NCBI GenBank assembly: GCA_030549835.1
Contig: JAUQQR010000001.1
Span: 2,753 to 66,752, forward strand
DNA from: Thermoproteota archaeon
Lineage (GTDB): Archaea > Thermoproteota > Thermoprotei_A > Sulfolobales > Acidilobaceae
DNA: 64,000 bases
Direction: 5' to 3'
Below are positions 30,182 to 40,317 of the stretch, piece by piece. Every line of letters starts with the position of its first letter. The stretch's first letter is position 1. Below the pieces are notes generated by a model, which was given only the letters and a program-made list of their open reading frames with translations, had not been told where the DNA came from and searched no databases. The position numbers and the translations under genes are program-made.

Positions 30182-31006
30182 ATGCCTAAATTCCCCATAG
30201 ATGGTAGTGATAGAAAGCCTATTGGGAGATCGGGTGAAGCAATATCAGCTATTGGCTTAGGGAGCTGGGCTATAAGAGATTACAGGAGAGCTTTTGAAGC
30301 CTATACTCTAGCACTTAGCCTGGGTATAGATAATATTGATACAGCTGAAATGTATGATAATGGGAATGCTGAGAGGTTTATAGGGGAAGTATTGAGGGCT
30401 GTGGGTAGAGATAAGGTCTTTATAACGACGAAACTCTTACCTAATAAGTTTAGGAGTAGAGACTCTGCTATAAAAGCAGCTAGACTATCACTTGAGAGGC
30501 TAAATGTTAAATATGTAGATCTAATACTAATACACTGGCCCGATAACCAGACTCCTATAGAAGAACAGGCTAGAAACCTTGAAGCTATAGCTATTGAAGG
30601 CTTAACTAGGTATATTGGTGTTAGTAACTTCACTGTAGAGGAGTTTAAGAGAGCACAAGAAGCATTAAGCAGATATGAGCTGGTAGTAAATCAAGTTAAG
30701 TATAGCCTCTTAGATAAGAGTATTGAAGATGATATGCTACCATACGCTATAAATAATAATATATTAATACAAGCGTATACACCGCTTGAGAGAGGAGAAG
30801 TATTAAAGGACAAGCTAGTTAGAGAAATAGCAGATAAATATAATAAGACACCAGCACAAATAGCATTAAACTTCATAATATCAAGACCTAGAGTAATAGC
30901 TATACCAAAAGCTGAGAAGATAGAACATATTAGAGAATTAGCTGGCACAATGGGGTGGAGACTTAAGAGTGAAGATATAGAGCTACTAGAGAAGCTTACT
31001 AAATAA
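30182..31006 (+). CDS. Aldo/keto reductase
   Basis: DTAEMYDNG, LILIHWP, IGVSNF and YSLLD motifs. Confidence 0.85.
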   Translation: MPKFPIDGSDRKPIGRSGEAISAIGLGSWAIRDYRRAFEAYTLALSLGIDNIDTAEMYDNGNAERFIGEVLRAVGRDKVFITTKLLPNKFRSRDSAIKAARLSLERLNVKYVDLILIHWPDNQTPIEEQARNLEAIAIEGLTRYIGVSNFTVEEFKRAQEALSRYELVVNQVKYSLLDKSIEDDMLPYAINNNILIQAYTPLERGEVLKDKLVREIADKYNKTPAQIALNFIISRPRVIAIPKAEKIEHIRELAGTMGWRLKSEDIELLEKLTK

Positions 31007-31070
31007 ACTTAACAGTTAAACCCCAATACTACTATATGCTATTCTAAACCTACAACTACTATAAACCTAG

Positions 31071-31436
31071 ATGAGGGTTAAGCTTAAATGGGCTATGAAA
31101 TTGATGGAAGCCACACTATACGTAACCATTAATACTAGAGAGGATACAGTTAAAGCCATCCTAGAAGCTATAAGTAAGCTTAGGGAAGAATATGGGATCA
31201 GAATCTACCTTAAAATAGTAGATATAAGCCTAACACATAACATCATCATAGAGAAACCATTACTAGAAGTTAACGGGAGAATAATCGTAATAGATGAAAC
31301 CCAGAAAAACATAATAGAAATAGTTACAGACAACATCATAGTAGCACTACTAGGAAGCATATTTATAGATGAAAAACACGCTACTATACCTATTGGGAAA
31401 GATAGACCTGAAACCATAGAGGGAGTAATAAGCTAA
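31071..31436 (+). CDS. Hypothetical protein (thioredoxin_3-like layout without the CxxC)
   Basis: 121 aa. The pattern ..IYLKIVDI....PLLEVNGRIIV resembles small MTH895-type thioredoxin folds, but the redox cysteines are absent. Confidence 0.3.
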   Translation: MRVKLKWAMKLMEATLYVTINTREDTVKAILEAISKLREEYGIRIYLKIVDISLTHNIIIEKPLLEVNGRIIVIDETQKNIIEIVTDNIIVALLGSIFIDEKHATIPIGKDRPETIEGVIS

Positions 31437-31470
31437 ACTACCATAGGGAATAATACTACTCCTACTCTAC

Positions 31471-31479
31471 AAAAATTTA
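31471..31479 (+). promoter_or_regulatory. TATA-box-like element upstream of tRNA-Leu
   Basis: aaaaattta is centred about 32 nt upstream of the mature 5' end. Confidence 0.35.
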
Positions 31480-31506
31480 GGTTCTAGACCTATGTTATCA
31501 TATTGG

Positions 31507-31594
31507 TGCGGGGGTGCCCGAGCCAGGTCAAAGGGGGCGGGCTTAAGACCCGTTGGCGTAGGCCTGCGTGGGTTCAAATCCCACCCCCCGCACC
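31507..31594 (+). tRNA. tRNA-Leu (anticodon UAA), long variable arm, genomically encoded CCA
   Basis: Acceptor GCGGGGG/CCCCCGC, anticodon loop CTTAAGA, long variable arm, and T-arm GTGGG-TTCAAAT-CCCAC. The 3' end reads A-CCA. Confidence 0.93.
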
Positions 31595-31714
31595 AATTAA
31601 ATCCCATAAAATCCCATAACCAAGCAATCAGAAAAGACTGAAAGTTTCAGGAAGGAATTAAGAGATTGAGAGAGCCTTAAAAATAATTATTAAGGAGGCT
31701 TTAAGAGTAGGAGT

Positions 31715-32842
31715 TTAGCTCTCAATCTTCTCTACTATAAATCCTCTTATTAACGCTAAATATGCCGCAAATGTGAATACTATTATTGAGAATATTAGAA
31801 ATCCTAAGATAACGTATACTAGAGATGCTGGAATATCCATGTAGAAGTTGAAGAATGCTGATATTGGTACTCCACTTTCACCTAATACGGCGATATATGG
31901 GTATCTTGGAGCATTATTAATAAACTCTCCTAGAAATACTATTAGTAAAGCTATGGGGCCTAAATACTTCGTATAGCCTATTATGGTTTTCCTCCTTCTT
32001 ACACTAAACCAGGAGTATAGCGAGAGGATTAATAATAATAGTACTAAGATTAGCTTCAGGGCAAAGAGTGGAGCATATGGTCCAAACGTTATATTATTGA
32101 ATATGTACGTGGATCTACTATATATAGTGAGATAGTATAGCGGTCCTGCAATGAGCTGTGCGAGGAGGAATAGTATACCATACTTTAAGCCTATCTCCAC
32201 CCACCTTACATTATTTTCTAGGACCATTATAGATGCAATAACAAACCCGCCTGTTGATATAACAGCGAATACTGTATGAGCGTATAGTGACCAGTATAGA
32301 GGGGAAGTATAGGCATACCATAGCGGAGGAGTATTTCCAGCTAAGAATACTGATATAGTGTGTGGGTATGATAGCTCCGAGAATAATGTTCTAAATCCTA
32401 GAGGTACCCCAAAACCTGATAATGCCATAATAAAACCAATTGTACTATGAGCTCTCTCAGAAATCTTACCCCAAGTATACCAGAATATTGCAATAGAGGG
32501 TATCCTAATCATTATGCTTACTATTGCTATCGTTATCGGAGTAAATAATACATTTGTTGCTAGTGCAACAAGACCTGGGAAGAACCCTACGAGGACTACA
32601 GTTATTATCGTGCCCCAGACACCTGAGAATAATTCAGTGACAATCATTAGCCTAAATGCTTTCCTTGCAAAGAGTTCTAGCTCACCATCAGATCTCTTAT
32701 ATGCAAGCCACCTATAAACTGCTGTTATTAAGCCTACACCTAGAGTTATAGAGACGAAGATTATGTGAATGAGTACTGCTAAGCCTAATACTGTAAATCC
32801 TAGTAACTGAGCTGGTGTAACTACTACTTCTCCACTACTCAC
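31715..32842 (-). CDS. Cytochrome bd-type oxidase second subunit, a CydA paralog (CydA'-like) rather than a canonical CydB
   Basis: The N-terminus LIHIIFVSITLGVGL mirrors IYFHAIFVSITLGFPL of the upstream CydA. 375 aa, polytopic, starting 4 nt after the cydA stop. Confidence 0.6.
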   Translation of the reverse strand: MSSGEVVVTPAQLLGFTVLGLAVLIHIIFVSITLGVGLITAVYRWLAYKRSDGELELFARKAFRLMIVTELFSGVWGTIITVVLVGFFPGLVALATNVLFTPITIAIVSIMIRIPSIAIFWYTWGKISERAHSTIGFIMALSGFGVPLGFRTLFSELSYPHTISVFLAGNTPPLWYAYTSPLYWSLYAHTVFAVISTGGFVIASIMVLENNVRWVEIGLKYGILFLLAQLIAGPLYYLTIYSRSTYIFNNITFGPYAPLFALKLILVLLLLILSLYSWFSVRRRKTIIGYTKYLGPIALLIVFLGEFINNAPRYPYIAVLGESGVPISAFFNFYMDIPASLVYVILGFLIFSIIVFTFAAYLALIRGFIVEKIES

Positions 32843-32846
32843 CCAT

Positions 32847-34475
32847 TCATCGCCTCCCGCTAAGGAATCTCTCTAGTAGTTGTGTAAACACTGCGTGCCT
32901 AGAAGCTACTATGTACATTGCATATATTCCTGCTACGTTAATAGCTATGATTATAGCACTAGCAAAAATGGTAAACTCGAGTGTTCTAGCATAATCTACT
33001 ACTGTTACAACCTCAGATGGATATATGAGACCATATATTGTCCAAGGCTTTCTACCAACTTCTCTAACATACCATCCTAGCACAGCTGCTAGTGCAACAC
33101 CTAGAGCTATCAGTATAGTGAGTATGAATATACTCTTCGCATAATCTCCTCTACCAATAATATTTACAAGTCTCCTAGATATGCTTGAAACTAATGGTAT
33201 CCTATACATGACTCCAGCTAGTAGTATCGCTGATATAAATGCTATAACTCCGCCAAATATCTTAGTGTAATATGCTATATTCACAGCCCTAATTTTAGGC
33301 TCTACACTCTTGAGATCACCTATACAAACATCTGATACTTTTGTAGATAGAACATTGTCAAGTCTTTGCGTATCTAACTTTATACCTAGGTTATTAGAGA
33401 TTTCTAATAGGTTCTCCCTAGTTAATCCTAGGCTATTAGCTAGCTCACCTAGTGTAATAGTCTGCTCTCTACAAGATGCATAGAATCTATCGAATCCTAT
33501 TATTGGATGATTGGGATCACCATAGGCTAGAAATCCTATAATTGGATTGTGATAAGTCGTATAAGCCCCCTCCATCATAGCAAACTTAACTGGATTATAA
33601 TATGCTACGTTAACACCCATATAGTGCCCTATGATTGTTGGCTGAATTAATATTAGTATTAGTAGGATAGGATAAAATACTCTTATAATCTGTGCATACT
33701 TCACATCTTTAGACTTATAGAGTCTATATGAGAATCCTAGGAGTGCTATTGATAATCCTACTATTAAAGCTGCAACTATATTATGCGCTACAGACACCCA
33801 CGCATATAAACTATAGAATGCTATATAGGGATCATTTAATATTATCCCTACGACATTAGATGCTTCAGGAGTCTGTATTATTTCTTGGAGTGGTAAGCCT
33901 GACGCTAATAATAGTATTTTCAATGCTACTAACTTCTGAGCATCTACAGCTAAAGGACCATACTCTGGTAGGAAGGGGTATAGAGCACCAGGTATAGTAG
34001 CAACCCCCCAGGGAACATTCATCCATGAATTTACAGTAGTGATGAGCAAACCTGAGTATACGGCGAAAACCCAGTAAACGCCTAGGATTAGAATACTTAT
34101 CATAGGCCTAACTCTACCAAGAGTTACTATGAAAAGTATCAGGAACGCTATCTCATTAGCAAATGCTATTAGCTCTAATGCTAGTGGAGCAAAGAAGAAT
34201 GACGCTATAGCAGCTATAGTCCCCGGCCACACCTGTACGAGTCCAAACTCTACAAGCGTCCCTGTTATAGCCCCTAGAGCAAAGTTCACAGCAAGGACAT
34301 AGGTTAGTATCCTAGCTGCTCTCATATACTCAGAGGCTCCTGTCCTACTATATGCAAAAAGAAGAGCCATAATAGCTAGTGGGAAGCCTAAAGTAATTGA
34401 TACGAATATAGCGTGGAAATATATGCCTATCGCAGATAATGCTAGTAAGTATTCTACTCCTAGTGATTCAGCCAC
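32847..34475 (-). CDS. cydA: Cytochrome bd-type quinol oxidase subunit I
   Basis: N-terminal FH..F....LG heme-ligand helix, 542 aa with a large hydrophilic loop (Q-loop position), and CydA-like TM topology. Confidence 0.8.
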   Translation of the reverse strand: MAESLGVEYLLALSAIGIYFHAIFVSITLGFPLAIMALLFAYSRTGASEYMRAARILTYVLAVNFALGAITGTLVEFGLVQVWPGTIAAIASFFFAPLALELIAFANEIAFLILFIVTLGRVRPMISILILGVYWVFAVYSGLLITTVNSWMNVPWGVATIPGALYPFLPEYGPLAVDAQKLVALKILLLASGLPLQEIIQTPEASNVVGIILNDPYIAFYSLYAWVSVAHNIVAALIVGLSIALLGFSYRLYKSKDVKYAQIIRVFYPILLILILIQPTIIGHYMGVNVAYYNPVKFAMMEGAYTTYHNPIIGFLAYGDPNHPIIGFDRFYASCREQTITLGELANSLGLTRENLLEISNNLGIKLDTQRLDNVLSTKVSDVCIGDLKSVEPKIRAVNIAYYTKIFGGVIAFISAILLAGVMYRIPLVSSISRRLVNIIGRGDYAKSIFILTILIALGVALAAVLGWYVREVGRKPWTIYGLIYPSEVVTVVDYARTLEFTIFASAIIIAINVAGIYAMYIVASRHAVFTQLLERFLSGRR

Positions 34476-34787
34476 ATTACCACCTCAAAATTTATCTTAA
34501 TTATAATATGGCCTAATATATTTGTATTATAATGAATAATTTGTTAGAATATAAGTAAAAGTATAATAAATTTTAAGTTAAATCTAGAATGTCACATGTA
34601 CGTCTCACTGAACCCAATCAATGACTCATTATATGATATTCCATGTTTTATGATAGCTTATATTAGCTGTATCAGTTTAACTATGTTTTCCTACACTTAT
34701 TTGATAATCTATGTGTTAACTTCTAGTGCCATATTTTAGAGTTGCTTTGTGGGTTTAAGGCTAAGTCTAGTGGTTCTAATGCTGTTA

Positions 34788-35573
34788 TTATGTGATGCTT
34801 AGTCCTCCATCAACTGGTATGAGGTTTCCTGTTATGAATGATGCTCTTTCTGAGGCAAGGAAGGCTACTAGCGATGCTAGTTCTCTTGGATCTCCTACTC
34901 TACCTAGGGGTATTTTTGATGCTCTTCTCTTTATAGCCTCTTCTACGCTTATACCTAATCTTTTAGCGTCTACTTCAGCTAATTCTCTTACTCTATCAGT
35001 TAGTATTAGTGAGGGTAGGATAGCGTTTACTGTTATGTTGAATTTAGAGAGCTCTAAAGCTAACGTCTTCACTAAGCCTGCTATTACAGTTCTCATAACG
35101 TTACTTGTAGCTAGATTCTCTAGTGGCTTAACTAGTGTTATAGAGCCTATAAATATGATCCTACCCCACCTTCTAGGTATCATTAGCTTAGATGCCTCCC
35201 TAGAGACTATTATAGAACTTAAAGCTAGAAGCCTATACGTATCATCCCAATCATCATCACTTATATCATAGAAGCCTCCAGGTTTAGGGCCTCCAGTACT
35301 ATAAACCAGAATATCAAGCCTACCATAATTTCCCCTAATATAATCGAATAACTTGTAGATATCACTCTTAACTCTTAAATCTCCAGTAAAAGTATCAATA
35401 GATACGTTAGCAGCTTCCCTAATACTACTCTTAGCAACTTCAAGCTTAGATTTATCTCGTGAAAATAGAATAATATCACAACCCTCAAGAGCAAGCTCAA
35501 AAGCTGAGGCAAAACCTAGGCCAGAGCTCCCTCCAGTAATAAGAGCTAATTTACCTCTAAGACCCAAATCCAT
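34788..35573 (-). CDS. Short-chain dehydrogenase/reductase (FabG-like)
   Basis: TGGSSGLGFA cofactor motif, a Ser/Tyr-x3-Lys region and PVDGG at the C-terminus. Confidence 0.85.
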   Translation of the reverse strand: MDLGLRGKLALITGGSSGLGFASAFELALEGCDIILFSRDKSKLEVAKSSIREAANVSIDTFTGDLRVKSDIYKLFDYIRGNYGRLDILVYSTGGPKPGGFYDISDDDWDDTYRLLALSSIIVSREASKLMIPRRWGRIIFIGSITLVKPLENLATSNVMRTVIAGLVKTLALELSKFNITVNAILPSLILTDRVRELAEVDAKRLGISVEEAIKRRASKIPLGRVGDPRELASLVAFLASERASFITGNLIPVDGGLSIT

Positions 35574-35682
35574 AGATACACACCAGATATGCTAGAGTAG
35601 TATTAAAGCAAATATCTTAATATGAAAGATTATCTTCCGGAACCAGTACTCTGAATGTGTCAGCATATTATTAATTATCAGT

Positions 35683-35726
35683 AGGGTTGATAGTTGCTTT
35701 GGTGCGTTAGGTTTATAAGGGTTTTT
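35683..35726 (+). repeat. 5' fragment of the dispersed repeat (includes its first TATA-like box), pointing antisense into the nrdJ 3' end
   Basis: agggttgatagttgctttggtgcgttaggtttataagggttttt matches the first 44 nt or so of the copies at 62518 and 58993 (reverse complement) with about 3 differences. It ends 3 nt from the nrdJ stop codon. Confidence 0.5.
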
Positions 35727-35731
35727 AGAGG

Positions 35732-38722
35732 TTATCTTTCACATGTTTTACATGTTGAGTTCTCTGTTATCTCGAGTACTATTTCTTCTCCTTTAGTTTC
35801 TTCTTTAACCTCAAATATCTCCTTTAACTTTCTATCTCTCTCTGTTTCTACTGGTTTTAATGTTTTCTTTATGAGCGTCATTCTTGATGGTTGTGTTTTC
35901 TCTTTCTTCTTTCTTATTAATCTTCTTACTCCTGCTTTCTCTTTACCTCCGAATACTATTACTTGTGCTCCTTTACTTTCATCTCTATATACCGTGAATC
36001 CCTTTAATCCTCCTAGCCATGCTAGTATGTATACCATGTAGACGTCTTCGATTAGAGAGTCTTTATGTAGGTTTACTGTCTTACTTATAGCTTGATCTAT
36101 GTATAGCTGTGAGGCTATCTGATGTGATACATGGTACCATAGGTCGAAGTCCATTGCTGTGCTATATTTACGGGCTAGAGTTGCTAGGGCTTTTATGAAG
36201 CTCTCTGGTATGTTAAGTTCTCTTAGCTTAGCCTCTATCTCTGGTAGGGCTCTCCTTAGGCTCCCTTTATTCTCTCTTATCATATCATATACTAGCATTA
36301 TGGTATTATTATCTATATTATGCTTCCGGGCTTCTCTTAGTAGGTCTTTTCTAAATTCTCTATTAATCTCTAGGAATGACCCTATAGCTACCTGCCTCTT
36401 GAATACTAGAGCGAAGTAAGGCTCTATACCACTACTAGCTCCAGCTATTATGCTTATTGTGCCAGTAGGTGCCACAGTAGTTGTAACAGTATTCCTTGGA
36501 GCCTTAGCTCCAATAATTCTACCATAAGATCTTAGAGTCGTCCAAGCTCTAATAGGCTGGTATACTGCAAGGGCTAGGAGCATTTCAGGGCTTTTAGCAA
36601 CCTCTAATGGGCTAGCTTGTAGAGCTCTCCATAAATGCTCTCTAGTTATACCGAAAACATCTCTTAACACCTTCTCTAGAGTCTCTATAGGTATGAGTCT
36701 AAGAGCTCCATCACTCTCCACTCTTAATGCTGCTAATCCTCTAAACTTAGCCCTCACATCTTCCGGTATCCTTATATCCTCGTGGTACTTAACTTTAACC
36801 CATCCATCTTCAAATTTCATAACATAACCTGCCTTAACTAATGCTGGGATGTGAAGCTCTACGAGCTCTTCCGGATCTCCTCTCTCAATACACTCGAAGG
36901 CTCTCCAATCATAATGTTTACACTCAAATGCTGGAGCATGACCTAGCTCAGCTCCAAGCTCCCAACTCCTCTTCCAGCTAAATACTTCTAAAGCAGCTGA
37001 TACTATCATAGTAAATGCTACAGCCTCATCACTATCATATGGGTATCCTATCTCAGCTAGAGCATCAGCTAATCCCATAAATCCTAATCCAATCTTCCTA
37101 GTCATAAGATTAACTTTATAGTGCCTCGGGTCTGGGTGGTTGTTTAAGTCTATAGCTGCATCCATAGAGTCAATTATTAAGTGTATATCCTCATAGAATC
37201 TATCTACTCTAAACCTCTTATTCTCAATATACTTCGCTATGTTAAAGCTCCCGAGGTTACAGTTCTCGAATGGATATAATACCTGCTCTGAGCACGGGTT
37301 TGTAGCTACTAGTACTCCAAGCCATGGAGTTGGATTCCACTTATTATGGTTATCGAAGTATACTACGCCGGGGTCTCCTCCAGCCCATGCATTCTCAACA
37401 ATCTCATCCCATAATATTCTAGCATTAATCCTCCATATGTAAGTGTTCTTAGCTTCAATATTCGGATTTAAGCCTCTAGCTTTAGAGTAGTCCTCATAGT
37501 CTCTTAAAGCTTTAACTCTAGCATCTTCTAGAACATCCTCATATATGTTTAGGTATGGATTACTTAAGAGCCACCTATGCTTCTCAATAAGTTCTCCTAG
37601 TCTACCTAAGCCTGTAGCCTTACTAACACTATAGTGTATCTTATATAATCCATTACTAGCCGAGTATCTAGGATTAACCATCCACCAGTAATCATCATCT
37701 AATACTGCCTTCATGAATAAATCATTGATACCAACGCTTATGTTAAAGTTTGTTAAGTTAGCATCCTGTAATGGGGGCTTTTTAGCTTGTATAAATCCTG
37801 CATCTTCAACAGTCCAATATCCATTTCTTACCATATTCTCAATTATTGTTTTAATGTTTCTATCAACCTCGTAACCTTCGGATTCAATCTCCTCTATGAG
37901 CCTCTTAGTAGCCTCTAATATGTTGTTTATCTGGGGTGGCATCTTATTCCTTAGAGCAACATATGGGTCGAAGCCTGGCGTATATATGTCTGGATGCCAT
38001 ACATGCATTATGCCCATGTTAGCTCCTCTACGCTTACCTCCTTGTTTTACAAGCTCTGTTATTACATCATATAATTGCATAAAGCTTATAGGCCCACTAC
38101 TCCAGCCACTCGTACCCTTAACAATATCCCATCTAGGTCTAAGCTCGCTAAAGCTAAACCCTTGGCCTCCACCCCACTTAAATGTCATAGCTTGGACTAC
38201 GCCTGCATCCATTATAGCTCTCATATCATCATATACTGGAGTCACATAACATGCTGATAGTGTACCTCTAGCTCCATCAACATACATGTTGAAGAGAGTT
38301 GGACTATTAAACATGAAGTATCCATCTACCAGTAGCTTATATAGCTTCTCAGAGTCTACCCTACCCTTAAAGCCTAGAGCAACACGGGCCATGACCATAC
38401 TTGGAGTCTCTGTATATAAACCATTAGAACTTCTACTCATATACCTAGCCATTAAAACCCTTATAGCATTATAAGTAAACTTCATATCATCAGGGCAAGG
38501 CTCACTAATACGGCCCTCTAGGTACATCTTAATACATTCTGGGAAAGGAGCTAAGAGTCCTCCATTTAAAGCCTTCCCAGAGTAACTTCTAGAAACCTCA
38601 TCATATATTCTTTTAAGTAAGCTAATCTTAGCTTCAACTTCAGCCTCAGGTCTAACTGAAGACTCTTGTATTAGCTTTAATTCAAGCTCCTCACTCAAAC
38701 TATAACCCCCCATTACTCTCAC
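35732..38722 (-). CDS. nrdJ: Class II (adenosylcobalamin-dependent) ribonucleotide reductase
   Basis: 996 aa with NPCSEQ, TVAPTGT, SACYV and GGGQGFSFS motifs and a C-terminal CxxC tail (CKTCER). Confidence 0.9.
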   Translation of the reverse strand: MRVMGGYSLSEELELKLIQESSVRPEAEVEAKISLLKRIYDEVSRSYSGKALNGGLLAPFPECIKMYLEGRISEPCPDDMKFTYNAIRVLMARYMSRSSNGLYTETPSMVMARVALGFKGRVDSEKLYKLLVDGYFMFNSPTLFNMYVDGARGTLSACYVTPVYDDMRAIMDAGVVQAMTFKWGGGQGFSFSELRPRWDIVKGTSGWSSGPISFMQLYDVITELVKQGGKRRGANMGIMHVWHPDIYTPGFDPYVALRNKMPPQINNILEATKRLIEEIESEGYEVDRNIKTIIENMVRNGYWTVEDAGFIQAKKPPLQDANLTNFNISVGINDLFMKAVLDDDYWWMVNPRYSASNGLYKIHYSVSKATGLGRLGELIEKHRWLLSNPYLNIYEDVLEDARVKALRDYEDYSKARGLNPNIEAKNTYIWRINARILWDEIVENAWAGGDPGVVYFDNHNKWNPTPWLGVLVATNPCSEQVLYPFENCNLGSFNIAKYIENKRFRVDRFYEDIHLIIDSMDAAIDLNNHPDPRHYKVNLMTRKIGLGFMGLADALAEIGYPYDSDEAVAFTMIVSAALEVFSWKRSWELGAELGHAPAFECKHYDWRAFECIERGDPEELVELHIPALVKAGYVMKFEDGWVKVKYHEDIRIPEDVRAKFRGLAALRVESDGALRLIPIETLEKVLRDVFGITREHLWRALQASPLEVAKSPEMLLALAVYQPIRAWTTLRSYGRIIGAKAPRNTVTTTVAPTGTISIIAGASSGIEPYFALVFKRQVAIGSFLEINREFRKDLLREARKHNIDNNTIMLVYDMIRENKGSLRRALPEIEAKLRELNIPESFIKALATLARKYSTAMDFDLWYHVSHQIASQLYIDQAISKTVNLHKDSLIEDVYMVYILAWLGGLKGFTVYRDESKGAQVIVFGGKEKAGVRRLIRKKKEKTQPSRMTLIKKTLKPVETERDRKLKEIFEVKEETKGEEIVLEITENSTCKTCER

Positions 38723-39018
38723 TTAAACTATATTTAACGAAATACAGAGTCAAAGTAGAGTTAGAGAGTCTAGCGTATTTTTGCTTTGGTAACCGTATGT
38801 AAAAGACCATCTCTTCTCCTGCATCAACTGCCACATTTGTAGTAATAGCTAAGCTAATCTCCATACTAGTTATTTCATACTGCCTGGTAGCTATAAGACT
38901 ATCCTGAGATATTACCCACCAAAGGCCCCCTACTTAGATTAGCCACGCCCTATTCATAGGTATTACTAGCTAACTTTATAACTCCTATGGAACCTATTAT
39001 TATAGGGGTTAGTCCTTT

Positions 39019-39840
39019 ATGTCTAAAGCTCTTAGAAGAGGTAAGAAGGAAGATATCCAAACATCTAAGATAAGAGAGCCAGCTACAGCTAAAACAGCTA
39101 TGAAAGTAGCTAAGACTGAGACTGTTAAGAGGGCTTCTGCAAAACAGAAGGATACTCTAGCTAGTAGAGAAGAAGTTAATAGGCTTGTAGTAGAAGTATC
39201 AGAGAGTATATTAGAGGAGTTTGACTTAAAGAATCTATTTACAGTACAGGATATCAGAGATATTGTAGAGAACACTATAAGAGATTATGTCGAGAGTGGT
39301 AAGAAAATTGAAGCTAAGAGTTTAATTAAAAGATTTGAGATCTATAGAGATGAACTCTACAAATTCCTAGCATCTAAAATTATATCAGAGAATAGAGAGT
39401 TAAATAATGAAATTATAGAATTTATAGTTTATAGAGCACCCGAAATTGCTGGGAAAGCTACACCACTCCTCTATAAAGCTTCTATAGGAGCCCCCCACAT
39501 TATTGCTAGTCTAAGAGAGTTATGGGAAAGATATGGAAACCCTACTCTACTAAGATGTCCTAGGTGTATGTTTAAATCTCTAACACCAGACTTCTACTGC
39601 CTAGTATGTGGAGCTACGCCTGGAGAAGCTGAGATTAAAACCATCATGAGATTCGAGGATGAGCTTAGATATGCTGCATCACAATGGCATTCAAATCTCA
39701 TAATTGAAGCTCTAAACTCTGGCTACGTTTACTATGACGGTGAGATTAAACCCCCTAGTCTAGTAAAGAACCGTACTGGAGTGTTATTCCATCTATCTAC
39801 TAAAGAGAAGAATATTCTAAGAGAGATTTTAAATAAATAA
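39019..39840 (+). CDS. Hypothetical protein with a Lys/Glu-rich N-terminus and an internal zinc ribbon
   Basis: CPRCMFKSLTPDFYCLVCG. No family recognised. Confidence 0.4.
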   Translation: MSKALRRGKKEDIQTSKIREPATAKTAMKVAKTETVKRASAKQKDTLASREEVNRLVVEVSESILEEFDLKNLFTVQDIRDIVENTIRDYVESGKKIEAKSLIKRFEIYRDELYKFLASKIISENRELNNEIIEFIVYRAPEIAGKATPLLYKASIGAPHIIASLRELWERYGNPTLLRCPRCMFKSLTPDFYCLVCGATPGEAEIKTIMRFEDELRYAASQWHSNLIIEALNSGYVYYDGEIKPPSLVKNRTGVLFHLSTKEKNILREILNK

Positions 39841-39906
39841 ATCTATATTATAGCCAAACATATATGTTCTAACTTAAAAGGCTGAGCAATCCACCTATTA
39901 TAATGG

Positions 39907-40317
39907 GTGCTCGTAAAAGTGAGAGCTCTAAGAAAAGGTGTTAAGGGCGAGCTTCCATGCGAGCATGCAGCTAGAGCTGTATTCCCATCTATTAGAGCTA
40001 GTCTAGCTAAGATTCTAATAGAAGAGTATAATCTTAACAGATATAGTGTTGCTAAGATTCTAGGTACTACTCCTGCAGCCATAACTCAATACTTAGAGGG
40101 TAAGAGAGGAGATAAGTATATTAAAAAAATACATTCTAATAATAAGCTCCTAGAGATTCTAAGGAAAACTGCAAAAGATATTACATCCTCCTATGAAGCA
40201 ACAGGTAAGGTAGACTATATATTATACCAGAAAGCTTTCTGTAATATATGTAGTAAGATTAACGAGTTAGCAGTAGATCGAGGATGCCCAGCTACAATAT
40301 TTAATAAAGTAAACTAG
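39907..40317 (+). CDS. Small HTH-type transcriptional regulator (tentative)
   Basis: NRYSVAKILGTTPAAITQYLEGKRG helix-turn-helix, followed by C-terminal Cys residues (CNICS...GCP). Confidence 0.45.
   Translation: MLVKVRALRKGVKGELPCEHAARAVFPSIRASLAKILIEEYNLNRYSVAKILGTTPAAITQYLEGKRGDKYIKKIHSNNKLLEILRKTAKDITSSYEATGKVDYILYQKAFCNICSKINELAVDRGCPATIFNKVN

Noticed and set aside
31598-31617. A tandem 10-nt duplication (aaatcccata x2) immediately 3' of tRNA-Leu. I considered a possible integrative-element att remnant.
   Set aside because: It does not overlap the tRNA body, no integrase or foreign-looking genes are adjacent, and the next gene is the cyd operon. It is too short to support an integration scar.
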